Source of the DNA: Buchnera aphidicola str. APS (Acyrthosiphon pisum)
GTDB taxonomy: Bacteria > Pseudomonadota > Gammaproteobacteria > Enterobacterales > Enterobacteriaceae
DNA length: 32,000 nucleotides
NCBI RefSeq assembly: GCF_000009605.1
Contig: NC_002528.1
Coordinates: 30,001 to 62,000 of the forward strand
Direction: 5' to 3'
The stretch's first letter is position 1. The number at the start of each line of letters is the position of its first letter. Below, in pieces: positions 1-10,621 of this stretch. Both the position numbers and the translations under genes were made by a program. The notes below the pieces were generated by a model. That model worked only from the letters and a program-made list of their open reading frames with translations, had not been told where the DNA came from and ran no database searches.

Positions 1-1
1 T

Positions 2-220
2 TTACTAGGAGTGTCTTTGAAAAATTGTATTGCTTTTGGCGATGGAATGAATGATCAGGATATGTTAAAAGTTGCGGGTAAAGCATATATTATGAAAAAT
101 TCTGATCCACATTTAAAAATAGCACTGCCGCATCTTGAAATCATTGAAAGCAATGATAATGATGGTGTAGCAAGATGCTTGAATAAAATTTTTATAGAAA
201 ATAATAAAGAGATGTTATAA
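2..220 (+). CDS. yigL: C-terminal fragment of a Cof-type HAD sugar-phosphate phosphatase (YigL-like); the 5' end lies outside the window
   Basis: The frame is open from the window edge (LLGVSLKNCIAFGDGMNDQDMLKVAGKAYIMKNS...). It carries the HAD motif IV GDGMND. It resembles my recollection of the E. coli YigL C-terminus, and its position upstream of metR/metE matches the E. coli order yigL-(yigM)-metR-metE. Confidence 0.7.
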   Translation, partial: LLGVSLKNCIAFGDGMNDQDMLKVAGKAYIMKNSDPHLKIALPHLEIIESNDNDGVARCLNKIFIENNKEML

Positions 221-229
221 AGTTATAAA

Positions 230-1053
230 AATTTCTTATACAAGAAGTTTTTTTTGATTTCTGTAGATGGCTATATAATTATTGCTATGTCCTTTTTCTT
301 ATTAGTTTTTCTTTCGATTATAAACCTTGATTTTTTTAATTATTTAATATTCAAAAAAGGTCATGTACAATTCTAATTTTTTCTGAGACTTGTTTGTATT
401 TAAAAGAAAAAATGTATTATATATGATTTTAAACATAGATGTAAGATTATATCTTAGAAAAAGATAATTTAATATATCTAGTCTGTTTTATCAAAAAATA
501 GATTTTGTCAATATTGCATATATCAGGTCCGTTGATCGAGTGTTGTTTTTTAAAAAAAAGAGTAGTTAAAAAATACAACTAAGCGTACTTCAAAATTAAA
601 AACTAGTATATATAATCAATTATTTGAGAGTGCATACTTCAGAAATTAGTTTAATATCAATTTTTTCTTGTCTTAGAAACCTTCGAAGATTAAACATGAT
701 ACCCAAATAAAAATATATTTTTATTTTAAAAGGATTTTTGAAGATTTATAATAGTAATTTAAACTATTGAATATATCTGTATATTTAATGAATAATTAAA
801 TGATTATATATAATGAAAGTCTATATATTATTTAATATATTTTAGATAGTTGAAATAACATTTTACCTTGTATTGTAAAAATTATGGAATTACTTTTTCT
901 GAGAAATAATTTAAATCCTGTTTTTTCTAATTAGTTAAATTGATATGATATTACTGATTGTATTTGATATAATTAAATAGCATCTGTTTTCAATACACTG
1001 TTATTTTTTTAAGGCTTATTATATTTATAGATATTTTATTCCAATTATAACAT
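230..1053 (-). pseudogene. metR: Decayed LysR-family regulator metR (pseudogene), divergent from metE
   Basis: Minus-strand translation from the ATG at 1053-1051 reads ML*LE*NIYKYNKP*KNNSVLKTDAI*LYQIQSVISYQFN*LEKTGFKLFLRKSNSIIFTIQGKMLFQLSKIY*. This is colinear with the recalled E. coli MetR N-terminus (..[47 protein letters not shown]). Further colinear remnants are WVSCLIFEGF (676-705, compare WLTPALENF) and, in a different frame, NIDKIYFLIKQ (483-515, compare SVDNTLLLIQMV). There are at least 7 in-frame stops and at least one frameshift. The 3' boundary is approximate. Confidence 0.75.
233..255 (+). terminator. Weak candidate intrinsic terminator after the yigL-like gene
   Basis: A 5-bp stem, ttctt (233-237) with aagaa (242-246), has a 4-nt loop and is followed by T8 at 248-255. 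The stem is short and all A/T except one G:C pair. Confidence 0.25.
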
Positions 1054-1190
1054 TCCTTCATATCGAGAACTAACTATTAATGCTTGCTCATTTTCTTTAA
1101 TTGTAAGAATTACAAATATGTATTTTATGTAAGTATTTATAAATTATTTTCATGATCAAAAATATAATTTAAAAAAATAGGACATTTAAA

Positions 1191-3467
1191 ATGACAATTT
1201 TAAATCATACTTTAGGATTTCCAAGAATAGGATTAAACCGAGAATTAAAAAAAGCTCAAGAACAATATTGGTCCGGGGAACTGATGATTAAAGATTTATT
1301 ATTAGTTGGTTCTGAATTAAGGAAAAAAAATTGGCAAAAACAGAAAGAATCTGGAATTGATTATATTCCAGTTGGAGATTTTGCTTGGTATGATCATGTA
1401 TTAACCACGAGTATGATGTTAGGAAATATCCCAGAAAGACATAATAATACAGTTGACTCTATTGATTTAGATTGTCTATTCCGTATTGCTCGAGGTTGTC
1501 CTCCGGATATTTCAGCTTCAGAAATGACTAAATGGTTTAATACTAACTATCATTATATTGTACCTGAGTTTTATAAAAACAAAGTTTTAAAGTACTCTTG
1601 GAAACAAATTTTAGATGAAGTAGATGAAGCTTTATTATTAGGGCACAAGGTTAAACCTATACTTTTAGGACCGATTACATATCTTTGGTTGGGAAAAGTA
1701 AAAGGAGAATATTTTGATCGTCTTGATATTTTAAAAGATATAATTCTAATATATAAGCATGTTTTAAAAGAATTATCTAACCGTAGTATTGATTTTGTTC
1801 AAATTGATGAACCTGTTTTGGTTTTAGAATTACCAAAAAAATGGAAAGACGCTTATCATTATGCTTATAAAGAATTATCCGGTATAACAAAATTATTGCT
1901 TACAACATATTTTGACAGTATTGAGCATAATATAGAATTTATTCGTGATTTACCTGTTCAAGGTATTCATATCGATCTAGTGCATGGAAAATATAATTTA
2001 AAAAATTTTAGTTCTAAAATACCATCAGAATGGATGCTGTCTTTAGGTGTTATTAATGGTCGAAACATTTGGCGTTCCGATCTTTTAAAATGGTTTAAAT
2101 CTATCAAATCGATTTCAAATCATCATAGAAAAATATTAATCGGTTCATCTTGTTCTTTATTACATACACCGATTGATTTAGTAGCAGAAAAACACTTGGA
2201 TAAAGAAGTAAAAAGATGGTTTTCTTTTGCTGTACAAAAATGTGAAGAATTAAGATTATTATCAAGTGCTTTAAATGATAATGACATTGATTCTATTAAA
2301 GAATGGAGTTTACCTATTTATGAGCGCAGTGTTTCTAAAAGAGTAAATAAAATCGAAGTAGAAAATCGCTTATCAAATGTTTTAATTGATAAACATCAAC
2401 GTTTAAGTCCCTATAAAACTCGCTCTATAGAACAAAATAAAAAGTTTAATTTTCCTATTTTACCAACAACTACTATTGGATCTTTTCCTCAAACTATCAG
2501 TATAAGAAAATTACGAAGAGATTTTAAATTAGGGTTAGTGACTGAAGAAGAATACACAAAAATCATTAAAAAAAATATTAAAAAAGTTATAAAAATACAA
2601 GAAGAATTAGATATTGATGTTTTAGTACATGGTGAAGCTGAAAGAAATGATATGGTAGAATATTTTGGTGAACATTTAGATGGATTTGCATTTACAGATA
2701 ATGGATGGGTACAGAGTTATGGTTCACGTTGTGTAAAACCTCCTATTATTATTGGAGATATTAGTCGTCCTAAACCCATGACTATAGAATGGTCTAAATA
2801 TGCTCAATCTTTAACTAAAAAACCAGTTAAAGGGATGTTAACAGGACCGGTTACAATTTTACTTTGGTCTTTTCCTAGAGAAGACGTTTCATTAAAAAAA
2901 ATTGCAACACAAATTGCTTTAGCATTATATGATGAAGTTCTAGATTTAGAAAAAGAAAAAATAGAAATAATCCAAATTGATGAGCCAGCATTACGAGAAG
3001 GGTTGCCTCTACGAAAAAGTTCTTGGCATGAATATTTATCTTGGGCGGTTGATGTATTTCGTTTAAGTGCTTCAGGTGTTAAAAATACTACACAAATTCA
3101 TACACATATGTGCTATTGTGAATTTAATGATATCATGGATTCTATTGCATTATTAGATGCTGATGTGATTACAATTGAAGCAGCTCGTTCAGATATGGAA
3201 TTATTAGAATCATTTAAAAAATTTAAATATCCTAATGAAGTAGGTCCAGGAGCATACGATATTCATTCTTCTAATATACCAAGCGTACAATCTATAATTT
3301 CTCTTTTAAATAAAGCAATGAAATATATTCCATTAAAACGTATATGGGTTAATCCAGATTGCGGTTTAAAAACGAGAAATTGGAACGAAACAATATTATC
3401 TTTAAAAAATATGGTTGAAGCAACGAAAATACTTAGAGAAAAAATGAAAGATAGTGAATGTGATTAA
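1191..3467 (+). CDS. metE: Cobalamin-independent methionine synthase (5-methyltetrahydropteroyltriglutamate-homocysteine methyltransferase)
   Basis: 758 aa. The N-terminus [27 protein letters not shown] is nearly identical to E. coli MetE. Zn-ligand motifs HTHMCYCEF and NPDCGLKTR are present. An AGGA-type SD (aggaca) sits upstream of the ATG. Confidence 0.97.
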   Translation: MTILNHTLGFPRIGLNRELKKAQEQYWSGELMIKDLLLVGSELRKKNWQKQKESGIDYIPVGDFAWYDHVLTTSMMLGNIPERHNNTVDSIDLDCLFRIARGCPPDISASEMTKWFNTNYHYIVPEFYKNKVLKYSWKQILDEVDEALLLGHKVKPILLGPITYLWLGKVKGEYFDRLDILKDIILIYKHVLKELSNRSIDFVQIDEPVLVLELPKKWKDAYHYAYKELSGITKLLLTTYFDSIEHNIEFIRDLPVQGIHIDLVHGKYNLKNFSSKIPSEWMLSLGVINGRNIWRSDLLKWFKSIKSISNHHRKILIGSSCSLLHTPIDLVAEKHLDKEVKRWFSFAVQKCEELRLLSSALNDNDIDSIKEWSLPIYERSVSKRVNKIEVENRLSNVLIDKHQRLSPYKTRSIEQNKKFNFPILPTTTIGSFPQTISIRKLRRDFKLGLVTEEEYTKIIKKNIKKVIKIQEELDIDVLVHGEAERNDMVEYFGEHLDGFAFTDNGWVQSYGSRCVKPPIIIGDISRPKPMTIEWSKYAQSLTKKPVKGMLTGPVTILLWSFPREDVSLKKIATQIALALYDEVLDLEKEKIEIIQIDEPALREGLPLRKSSWHEYLSWAVDVFRLSASGVKNTTQIHTHMCYCEFNDIMDSIALLDADVITIEAARSDMELLESFKKFKYPNEVGPGAYDIHSSNIPSVQSIISLLNKAMKYIPLKRIWVNPDCGLKTRNWNETILSLKNMVEATKILREKMKDSECD

Positions 3468-3507
3468 ATTGATTTCTTTTTTAATGATTATAATATAATT
3501 TAATATT

Positions 3508-3551
3508 AAATCATCTTTTAGAATATTTTAAAAAATCTAAAATGATGATTT
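3508..3551. terminator. AT-rich hairpin between convergent metE and purH (candidate bidirectional terminator)
   Basis: Arm aaatcatcttttag (3508-3521) pairs with ctaaaatgatgattt (3537-3551) with one bulge and a 15-nt loop. It lies in the 122-bp convergent spacer. Confidence 0.3.
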
Positions 3552-3589
3552 AATACTTATAAATTTTTATATATTTCAATAGTCAAAGA

Positions 3590-5167
3590 CTAATGTTTAA
3601 AATGCCTTTTTTTAGTAAAAATCATCGTTATATTATGTTCATCTGCAGCTCGAATGATTTCTTCATCTCGTATAGAACCTCCCGGTTGAATTATAGAGCT
3701 AATACCGACAGAAGCAGCTTCATCGATACCATCTCTAAAAGGAAAAAAAGCATCAGAAGCCATAGTGGCACCAATAATATTTTTACCCTGATCTTTAACT
3801 TTTATATTAGCTAATTTAGTTGAATAAATCCTGCTCATTTGACCCGCACCAATTCCGATAGTAATTTCATCAGAACCATATACAATTGCATTTGATTTTA
3901 CAAATTTAGCAACTTGCCAACAAAAGATAGAGTCTTTGAGTTCTTTTTTTGTTGGACTACGTTTTGTAACAAAACTCCATGAGTTATAATCTATATTATG
4001 AGAATCGTATTCTTGTACAAGTAGACCATTAGTGATCTTTTTTAAATCCAATCCAACTGTATTATTTTGTAATTTTCCAGTAACTAGTACTCTTATATTT
4101 TGTTTTTTTTGTAATATTTTAACTGCTTTTTTACTGATTTCGGGAATAATAATAACTTCAACAAATTGTTGATTAATAATTGTTTGTGCTGTTTTTTCAT
4201 CTAATTTACAGTTAAAAGAAATTATACCTCCAAATGCTGAAATAGGATCAGAATTGTATGCAGATAAATATGATTCTAAAATATTATGACTAACGGCAAC
4301 GCTACAAGGATTTCCATGTTTTACAATAACACATGCTGGTTTAGTGAATTGTTTTACACACTCTAATGCTATATCAGAATCTGATATATTATTATATGAT
4401 AAAGTTTTTCCTTGAATTTGACATGCTGTACTAATTGTTCCGGAATCACACATGTTTTTTTCTATATAAAAAGACGATTTTTGATGATAGTTTTCTCCAT
4501 ATCTTAAATCTTGTTTTTTAATAAAAGAAAAATTTATTTCATTCGGGAATAAACTATTATTAGTTTTTTTATACAAGCTATTTTGTTCAATGAAATACTG
4601 AGAAATAATTTGTTCATAGTATGATGTATATTCAAATGCTTTAGATGCTAAATTAAATCTTTTTTCCATATTCATTGTGTTATTGTTAATAGAATCAATA
4701 GTAGATTGAAAATCATCAAGATCTACTATAACTATAACGTTCTTATAATTTTTTGCAGAAGCACGTACGAGTGTCGGTCCGCCTATATCAATATTATTGA
4801 CAACATTATCTATATCATTTTTTTTTATGTTTTTGATTTTTTCAAATGGATAAAAGTTTACGATAACTATATCAATTGGACAAATATTATATAATTTCAT
4901 AATCTCCTGATCTTTTTGTTTTTGTCCTAAAATACCACCCATAATTTTTGGATGTAATGTTTTTACTCGTCCATCCATGATTTCAGGAAATTTTGTATAA
5001 TCTGATATTTCTGTAACAGGTATATTGTTTTTTTTTAAAATTTGAGCCGTTCCTCCTGTTGAAAATAAATTAATTTTATTAATTATTAATTTTTCTGCTA
5101 CTTCTACAATATTTTTTTTGTCTGAAACGCTAATTAACGCATTTTTTATAAGATTATTTGATGGCAT
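3590..5167 (-). CDS. purH: Bifunctional AICAR transformylase / IMP cyclohydrolase
   Basis: 525 aa, full-length similarity to E. coli PurH (..ALISVSDKKNIVEVAEKL.., ..VKTLHPKIMGGIL.., C-terminal ..MIFTKKRHFKH). Confidence 0.96.
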   Translation of the reverse strand: MPSNNLIKNALISVSDKKNIVEVAEKLIINKINLFSTGGTAQILKKNNIPVTEISDYTKFPEIMDGRVKTLHPKIMGGILGQKQKDQEIMKLYNICPIDIVIVNFYPFEKIKNIKKNDIDNVVNNIDIGGPTLVRASAKNYKNVIVIVDLDDFQSTIDSINNNTMNMEKRFNLASKAFEYTSYYEQIISQYFIEQNSLYKKTNNSLFPNEINFSFIKKQDLRYGENYHQKSSFYIEKNMCDSGTISTACQIQGKTLSYNNISDSDIALECVKQFTKPACVIVKHGNPCSVAVSHNILESYLSAYNSDPISAFGGIISFNCKLDEKTAQTIINQQFVEVIIIPEISKKAVKILQKKQNIRVLVTGKLQNNTVGLDLKKITNGLLVQEYDSHNIDYNSWSFVTKRSPTKKELKDSIFCWQVAKFVKSNAIVYGSDEITIGIGAGQMSRIYSTKLANIKVKDQGKNIIGATMASDAFFPFRDGIDEAASVGISSIIQPGGSIRDEEIIRAADEHNITMIFTKKRHFKH

Positions 5168-5270
5168 AATATATTTTCTTATTTTTAAAAAAAAATTAAA
5201 ATATTTTGTTATATAATATAAAGATATTTTTTATATTTAGACTATTTTAAATATATAATACTAATTTAGT

Positions 5271-5289
5271 AAGGGGCACTACGCCCCTT
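5271..5289 (-). terminator. GC-rich hairpin 18 nt downstream of the hupA stop (likely hupA terminator)
   Basis: aaggggc (5271-5277) pairs with gcccctt (5283-5289) around a 5-nt loop. It is the only GC-rich element in this spacer. The trailing U-tract is poor. Confidence 0.55.
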
Positions 5290-5307
5290 CTTTAAATACT
5301 TCATAAG

Positions 5308-5586
5308 TTATAATTGTTTGATTGCATTTTTTAATGTTTTACCAGATGTAAAACTAGGAACTTTTGTAGCAGGTATCTGTATTTCTTTTCCTGTTTGAGG
5401 ATTTCGTCCTGTACGGGACGATCTTAAATTAACTTTGAAAGTACCAAAACCAACTATTTGTACAGATTCACCTTTTTTCAAAGAATCAATGATAGTTGAT
5501 AATGTTGTTTCTAAAGTCAATTTTGCTTGTATTTTAGATAAATTAGATTTTTTAGAAATGACATTAATTAATTGAGTTTTATTCAT
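5308..5586 (-). CDS. hupA: Nucleoid-associated DNA-binding protein HU
   Basis: 92 aa. [22 protein letters not shown]...[45 protein letters not shown] matches HU-alpha/beta. The SD aaggga is upstream. The hupA rather than hupB assignment rests on its neighbourhood (rpoC side, purH side), as in E. coli. Confidence 0.9.
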   Translation of the reverse strand: MNKTQLINVISKKSNLSKIQAKLTLETTLSTIIDSLKKGESVQIVGFGTFKVNLRSSRTGRNPQTGKEIQIPATKVPSFTSGKTLKNAIKQL

Positions 5587-6268
5587 TATTATCCCTTTTT
5601 TATTTATATGTAAAAATTAATAATTTATTTAGATATTTTGTAAATATAAATTGAAAAAATTTATTTTGAAAATTATATTTTTTGATGATAAATTTTTTTA
5701 TACTTATTTGATATAAAAAGAAAAAATATATTTTTTCATATTATAAATTCTATATTAATTAAACATGTTATTTTTGAAAAAATAATATAAAAAAAGAATC
5801 AGATTTCAAATTTACAATTGAATAAAATTTAAATATATAATATATCTAAAAATCATCAAAAAAATACGGTATGAAAATCGCAGTTTTATTTTTAATAAAT
5901 TGTTATTTTTTTTAAAAAATAACAGTATTGATTTCTACATGATTTCAATTTTATTCAAATTAAATAGTGATATATTTTTATTAAAATTATCTGATATGTT
6001 TTATGAATTTGAAGCGTTTTTATATAAAATATATATAAGATTTTTTATTTTTAAAATAAATTATTTATTATATATATTTCAAATATATCATTTTAAATTC
6101 ACTCCTTTATTAAACCTTCGAAATACAATGAATTTTTTTAAAATAGTACGAATTTTAAAAAATATAATCACTGTTTTTAAATAGTATTTTTTTAAATAAT
6201 TATTATTTTATTTTATAAAATAGTGTTATATATTTATATTATAATATAAAATTATCATGTTTTTACTG

Positions 6269-6290
6269 TGGCTGCTTTTAAGAGCAGCCA
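6269..6290 (-). terminator. GC-rich hairpin 30 nt downstream of the rpoC stop (likely rpoBC operon terminator)
   Basis: tggctgct (6269-6276) pairs with agcagcca (6283-6290), an 8-bp perfect stem with a 6-nt loop. There is no clean U-run afterwards. Confidence 0.5.
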
Positions 6291-6320
6291 TAATTTATAT
6301 ATACAAAATATTAAGATGAT

Positions 6321-9300
6321 TTATTTTTCTATAAGAGCAGAATTTAATAATTCTGAAAGACTAGCAGAAGCTTCTTCAGCACTAATTTGAGAACTGCTAA
6401 CTGTTGGATTGTTATGTTTTTTTTGACGACGATTCAAACGTTCTTTGTGATATGCATATCCTGTTCCTGCAGGAATTAAACGTCCAACAATTACATTTTC
6501 TTTTAATCCTCTTAATTCATCTCTTTTTCCTGCAACTGCAGATTCTGTTAATACTCTTGTTGTTTCTTGGAAAGAAGCTGCAGATATAAAAGATTCTGTC
6601 GCAAGTGATGCTTTAGTAATTCCTAATAAATCTCTTGAAAAAGTAGCTGGCATTTTCTTTTTTTTATCTAACATGCGATTTGATATTTTTATATGAGAAA
6701 ATTCAACTTGTTCACCTTCCAGAAAATCTGAATCTCTTGATTTAACTACAGTAGCTTTTCGAAGCATTTGTCGTATAATTACTTCAATATGTTTGTCGTT
6801 AATTTTTACACCTTGTAAACGATATACTTCTTGTACTTCATTCACTATATATCTAGTTACAGCTTGAACACCTCTTAATCTTAAGATATCATGTGGTGAT
6901 TCCGGCCCATCAGATATGACATCTCCTCGATCTACTCGTTCTCCTTCAAATACATTTAATTGTCTCCATTTTGGAATCATTTCTTCATAAGAATCACTAC
7001 CATCTACTGGTGTAATTACTAATCTTCTTTTACCTTTAGTTTCTTTTCCAAAAGATATAATGCCACTAATTTCCGCTAAAATTGCTAATTCTTTTGGGCG
7101 TCTAGCTTCAAATAAATCTGCTACTCTTGGTAATCCACCTGTTATGTCTTTAGTACCTCCAGATTCTTGTGGGACTCTCGCTAATGTATCGCCTGAACTG
7201 ATTTGTACTCCGTCATCAAGTTGAACGATTGCTTTTCCAGGTAAGAAATATTGAGCCGGCATATCTGTTCCTGAAATAAGAACATCATTTCCATTACAAT
7301 CGATAATTTTTAATGCTGGTCTTAAATCTTTACCACTAGACATTCTTTCTGCTGTATCTAATATTACTATAGAAGACAAACCTGTTAGTTCATCTGCTTG
7401 TCTTGTAATACTTTGACCATCAATCATATCTACAAAACGTACTAACCCATTAACTTCAGTAATAACTGGCATGGTATGTGGATCCCATTTTGCAACAGTT
7501 TCCCCTGAATGTACTTTTTCACCGTCCCCTTTAGCCATAATAGCTCCATAAGGAACTTTATAGCTTTCTTTTGTTCTTCCAAAATTATCGATAATATTTA
7601 GTTCTACATTTCTTGAAGTAATTACTGTTTTACCAGCAGAATTAATTACAAATTTTGCATTATTAAGATTTATAATACCTTGATTTTTTACTTGAATACT
7701 AGATTCTGCTGCAGCTCTGGATGCTGCACCACCAATATGGAAGGTTCTCATAGTTAGCTGTGTGCCTGGCTCTCCTATAGATTGTGCAGCAATTACCCCA
7801 ATTGCTTCTCCTTTATTGACTAAATTACCTCGTGCTAAATCTCGACCATAGCAGTAAGCGCATACACCAAAATCAGTATCACAATTTACTACTGATCGTA
7901 CTTTGACATTATCTATAGAATTATGCTCTAAAAGATCACACCATTTTTCATTTAGAAGTGTATTTCTTTTGATTAATATATTTTTAGTATTTGGAATAAT
8001 AATATTTTCTGCAGTAACACGACCTAAAACACGTTCACGTAGTGGTTCTTTTACATCTCCTCCTTCAATTAATGGAGTCATTAAAATTCCTTCATGTGTT
8101 CGACAATCATCTTGTGTTACAACTAAATCTTGAGCTACATCTACTAAACGACGTGTTAAGTATCCAGAGTTTGCAGTTTTTAGTGCTGTATCAGCTAATC
8201 CTTTACGAGCTCCATGTGTAGAAATAAAATATTGTAATACATTCAAACCTTCTCTAAAATTAGCTGTAATTGGTGTTTCAATAATAGAACCATCAGGTTT
8301 GGCCATCAATCCTCTCATACCAGCTAATTGACGAATTTGTGCGGCAGAACCACGTGCCCCTGAATCAGCCATCATAAATATACTATTAAAAGATATTTGC
8401 TTTTGTTTGTAACCTTTTTTGTTGATAACAGATTCTGTAGATAAGTTTTGCATCATCGCTTTTGCTACTCGTTCATTAGCTGCCGCCCAAATATCAATAA
8501 CTTTATTATATCTTTCACCCGCAGTCACTAATCCAGATTGGAATTGTTCTTGTATTTCAGCAACTTCAATTTCAGCCTCATTGATGATATTTGCCTTTTT
8601 TTCTGGTATTACCATATCATCAATACCTACCGAAGCTCCAGATCTTGCTGCATAAGCGAATCCGGTGTACATAATTTGATCAGCAAAAAAAACAGTAGAT
8701 TTCAGTCCTAAAATACGATAACAAGTATTAAGCATTTTAGAAATATCTTTTTTACCTAAAGTTTGATTAACAATACTAAAAGGTAGTCCTTTTGGGATAA
8801 TCATCCACAAAATTGCTCGACCTATAGTAGTAGGAATTATTTTTTTTATTGCAGTAAAACTTTTATCTTCATTTTTTTTATATTCTATTATTCGAACTTT
8901 TACTAGTGAATGTAGTTCAGCAATACCTAAACGGTATACTTTTTCTGCTTCATTAGAACCATTTAATAACATACCTTCACCTTTTCCATTGATTTTTTCG
9001 CGAGTCATATAATACAACCCTAAAACAACATCTTGAGAAGGTACAATAATTGGTTCACCATTTGCAGGTGATAAAATGTTATTAGTTGACATCATTAAAG
9101 CTCTAGCTTCTAACTGTGATTCTAGAGTTAATGGGACATGGACAGCCATTTGGTCTCCATCAAAATCAGCATTGTAAGCTGCACATACTAATGGATGAAG
9201 TTGAATAGCTTTTCCTTCTATAAGGACTGGCTCAAATGCTTGAATACCTAATCGATGTAAAGTAGGTGCACGATTTAAAAGAACTGGGTGTTCGCGGATT

Positions 9301-10544
9301 ACTTCGTCTAAAATATCCCACACTATTGCTTCTTCTCTTTCCACCATTTTTTTTGCTGCTTTAATAGTAGTGGCTAAACCACGCACTTCTAATTTGCCAT
9401 ATATGAACGGTTTAAAAAGTTCTAATGCCATTTTTTTAGGTAGACCACATTGATGCAAATGAAGATAAGGACCTACAGTAATTACTGAACGACCAGAATA
9501 ATCTACACGTTTCCCAAGAAGATTTTGTCGAAATCTTCCCTGTTTTCCTTTAATCATATCAGCTAATGATTTAAGAGGTCTTTTGTTTGATCCTGTAATT
9601 GCTCTACCTCTTCGACCATTATCTAATAAAGCATCTACTGCTTCTTGTAACATTCTTTTTTCATTGCGTACAATTATATCTGGAGCTGCTAAATCTAATA
9701 AACGTTTAAGACGATTATTTCTATTGATCACTCGACGATACAAATCATTTAAATCTGATGTTGCAAATCTACCTCCATCTAATGGTACTAATGGTCTTAG
9801 ATCAGGTGGTAATACTGGTAATACGTTAAGAATCATCCATTCAGGTTTATTATGCGATTGAATAAAAGATTCTAATAGTTTAATTCTTTTTGTTAATTTT
9901 TTTCTTTTTGTTTCAGAATTTGTTTCATTTAGTTCTATTCTCAATACATTACATTCTTGTACTAAATTAATATCTTTCAATAAAAATTGAATCGCTTCCG
10001 CTCCCATTGTAGCATGAAATTCATCTCCAAATTCTTCCAATGAATCTAGATATTGTTCTTCGGTTAAAATTTGACGTTTTTCAAGATTAGTCATGCCTGT
10101 TTCTATGACAACATAAGATTCAAAATATAGTACTCTTTCAATATCTCTTAAAGGCATATCTAATAATAAACCTATTCTTGATGGCAAAGATTTTAAGAAC
10201 CAAATATGAGCTGTAGGTGAAGAAAGTTCTATATGACCCATTCGTTCACGTCTAACTTTGCTTTGTGTTACTTCAACACCACATTTTTCACAAATTACTC
10301 CTCTATGTTTTAATCTTTTATATTTACCACACAAACATTCGTAATCTTTTACTGGACCAAAAATGCGAGCACAAAATAATCCATCTCGTTCAGGTTTAAA
10401 TGTACGATAATTAATAGTTTCAGGTTTTTTGACTTCCCCAAATGACCATGATCTGATCATATCAGGTGAAGCTAACGAGATTTTAATAGCATCAAAATCT
10501 TCATTTTTAGTTTGGGATTTTAGAAATTTTAGTAAATCTTTCAC
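6321..10544 (-). CDS. rpoC: DNA-directed RNA polymerase subunit beta'
   Basis: 1407 aa, near-colinear with E. coli RpoC, including the NADFDGDQM catalytic motif. It uses a GTG start (cac at 10542-10544), as E. coli rpoC does. Confidence 0.99.
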   Translation of the reverse strand: MKDLLKFLKSQTKNEDFDAIKISLASPDMIRSWSFGEVKKPETINYRTFKPERDGLFCARIFGPVKDYECLCGKYKRLKHRGVICEKCGVEVTQSKVRRERMGHIELSSPTAHIWFLKSLPSRIGLLLDMPLRDIERVLYFESYVVIETGMTNLEKRQILTEEQYLDSLEEFGDEFHATMGAEAIQFLLKDINLVQECNVLRIELNETNSETKRKKLTKRIKLLESFIQSHNKPEWMILNVLPVLPPDLRPLVPLDGGRFATSDLNDLYRRVINRNNRLKRLLDLAAPDIIVRNEKRMLQEAVDALLDNGRRGRAITGSNKRPLKSLADMIKGKQGRFRQNLLGKRVDYSGRSVITVGPYLHLHQCGLPKKMALELFKPFIYGKLEVRGLATTIKAAKKMVEREEAIVWDILDEVIREHPVLLNRAPTLHRLGIQAFEPVLIEGKAIQLHPLVCAAYNADFDGDQMAVHVPLTLESQLEARALMMSTNNILSPANGEPIIVPSQDVVLGLYYMTREKINGKGEGMLLNGSNEAEKVYRLGIAELHSLVKVRIIEYKKNEDKSFTAIKKIIPTTIGRAILWMIIPKGLPFSIVNQTLGKKDISKMLNTCYRILGLKSTVFFADQIMYTGFAYAARSGASVGIDDMVIPEKKANIINEAEIEVAEIQEQFQSGLVTAGERYNKVIDIWAAANERVAKAMMQNLSTESVINKKGYKQKQISFNSIFMMADSGARGSAAQIRQLAGMRGLMAKPDGSIIETPITANFREGLNVLQYFISTHGARKGLADTALKTANSGYLTRRLVDVAQDLVVTQDDCRTHEGILMTPLIEGGDVKEPLRERVLGRVTAENIIIPNTKNILIKRNTLLNEKWCDLLEHNSIDNVKVRSVVNCDTDFGVCAYCYGRDLARGNLVNKGEAIGVIAAQSIGEPGTQLTMRTFHIGGAASRAAAESSIQVKNQGIINLNNAKFVINSAGKTVITSRNVELNIIDNFGRTKESYKVPYGAIMAKGDGEKVHSGETVAKWDPHTMPVITEVNGLVRFVDMIDGQSITRQADELTGLSSIVILDTAERMSSGKDLRPALKIIDCNGNDVLISGTDMPAQYFLPGKAIVQLDDGVQISSGDTLARVPQESGGTKDITGGLPRVADLFEARRPKELAILAEISGIISFGKETKGKRRLVITPVDGSDSYEEMIPKWRQLNVFEGERVDRGDVISDGPESPHDILRLRGVQAVTRYIVNEVQEVYRLQGVKINDKHIEVIIRQMLRKATVVKSRDSDFLEGEQVEFSHIKISNRMLDKKKKMPATFSRDLLGITKASLATESFISAASFQETTRVLTESAVAGKRDELRGLKENVIVGRLIPAGTGYAYHKERLNRRQKKHNNPTVSSSQISAEEASASLSELLNSALIEK

Positions 10545-10621
10545 ACGTTAGCTCTCGTTGGAGTAAAACTTTTAAGGTAAATAAATAATACATAAATATT
10601 TTTATAATATTGCTAATTTTG

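Noticed and set aside
1097-1153. A minus-strand ATG at 1153 giving MKIIYKYLHKIHICNSYN*, which at first looked like the MetR N-terminus (MIEVKHLKTL..).
   Set aside because: A much stronger, colinear MetR match starts at 1053 and includes the whole helix-turn-helix. The 1153 peptide is probably a chance similarity in AT-rich sequence lying in the metE-metR intergenic region.
5900-6184. A 94-aa ORF in the hupA-rpoC spacer.
   Set aside because: Its composition is almost entirely F/I/L/K/N/Y, as expected from translating about 90% A+T DNA. It starts with a non-ATG codon, has no SD, and resembles no protein I know. I treat it as a chance ORF.
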